DNA of 51,067 nucleotides, counting the filler, from Catajapyx aquilonaris (taxonomy: Eukaryota): assembly GCA_000934665.2 (NCBI GenBank). It is 3 parts of 3 records of this genome, joined end to end, with 100 filler letters (N's around TTAATTAATTAA, not from the genome) between each part and the next. Parts side by side here need not be neighbours in the genome. Positions count along the whole stretch, not along the records: positions 34,154 to 51,067 come from JYFJ02007071.1; 2 more parts are not named here. One strand, given 5' to 3'. The stretch's first letter is position 1; each line of letters begins with the position of its first letter. Below, in pieces: positions 50,149 through 51,067 of this stretch. The translations under genes and the position numbers were made by a program. Under the pieces are notes generated by a model that did not search any database, had not been told where the DNA came from, and saw only the letters and a list, made by a program, of their open reading frames with translations.

Positions 50149-51067
50149 GCCTTATCATCGGACACGTTATTCACTTAATTGAGTATTTGATTCAGAACTA
50201 AATTAAAGTACGGTACGTAGATGTACTTCGCAGAGAAAAATATTTCTAATTATTGCTCTGGAGTACACAATTATTTAGCATGTATGTAATTCTCTTGCTT
50301 TCTCATAATATTAAAGAAGTCTCAAATCAGTAAACTACAGAGAGTGACTCATATGTCAGGCAGGGACAGGGCAGGGATTTGTTTAATATAAGTTTGAAAC
50401 AACTTGTGTAGGAAGTAACTTAGAAGTATAGTTACTCTGACAAGCTATTACTAAGTCAAAGGACACAAAATTACTTTGGTAACAACTTCTGGCGTATTTT
50501 TCGAGTAAAATGCTTTTGAAAAAAATTACCAGTACTTTTGACGCCGCGCGAGAAATTTTTAAAGCCTGCTGTGTCAGCAAACACTGCTGGTATGAAAATT
50601 AACGAGTTGGTGATATATAGATCTAAGTTCTAAAAGGCCTGTTAATCCTGGAAAAGAGACGGAAAAATTCAGAAGTTAAATGGAGGGAATAATAGTTCAA
50701 AGAAATCCTTCTTTACACGCTGTCTTCTTTGCATAGTCGGGTTTTGAAATAACTTACTTTATCTCATAACAAAATGTCCATGCAATACTTGTCGTAATAC
50801 AGTATTATATCAGGACGTCTTACCATCATCATACGATACTTATTATAAATGACAAGTTCATCTCAAAGAAGATCCAAGTATTGTACACTGCACTGCACTA
50901 GTACGTATGGTTTACAATAGAGGAAAATAATAGTATTTGTAATGGGAAATCCCACCAAAAACCTTTCTGTAAAAAAAAGGCCAAGTTCTCCTGACTGCTT
51001 GGCCGTCAAAAGTGGTGAGATCTGAAATACGGCCAAGTTCAACGTCGTACTCATTACTGGCATTCTC

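Overview
Eukaryotic, repeat-rich genomic DNA, most consistent with an invertebrate or arthropod. It is three unrelated ~17 kb scaffolds joined by artificial 100-nt spacers (N44-TTAATTAATTAA-N44 at 17027-17126 and 34054-34153). Scaffold 1 carries a complete 3-exon CMC2 gene (-), the first coding exon of ABITRAM/FAM206A (-) and the first three coding exons of COQ2 (+), which lies head-to-head with CMC2. The strongest finding is that the ABITRAM start codon sits 22 nt after the CMC2 stop inside the same exon, with a leaky-scanning signature: a probable bicistronic CMC2-ABITRAM mRNA. Scaffold 2 holds a young 5'-truncated LINE with a 14-bp TSD and, at ~29.3-29.9 kb, a dense multi-junction RNA-like fold next to a CpG-rich promoter-like island that I cannot assign to a known RNA class. 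Scaffold 3 begins with a Gypsy LTR/PBS/gag and has no recognisable host gene. Throughout are nested MITEs and foldbacks (Tc1/mariner, Tigger, Tc4/Tc5-like, hAT, Sola2-like), modular tRNA-derived SINEs and microsatellites. All family assignments are from recalled motifs, not database searches.
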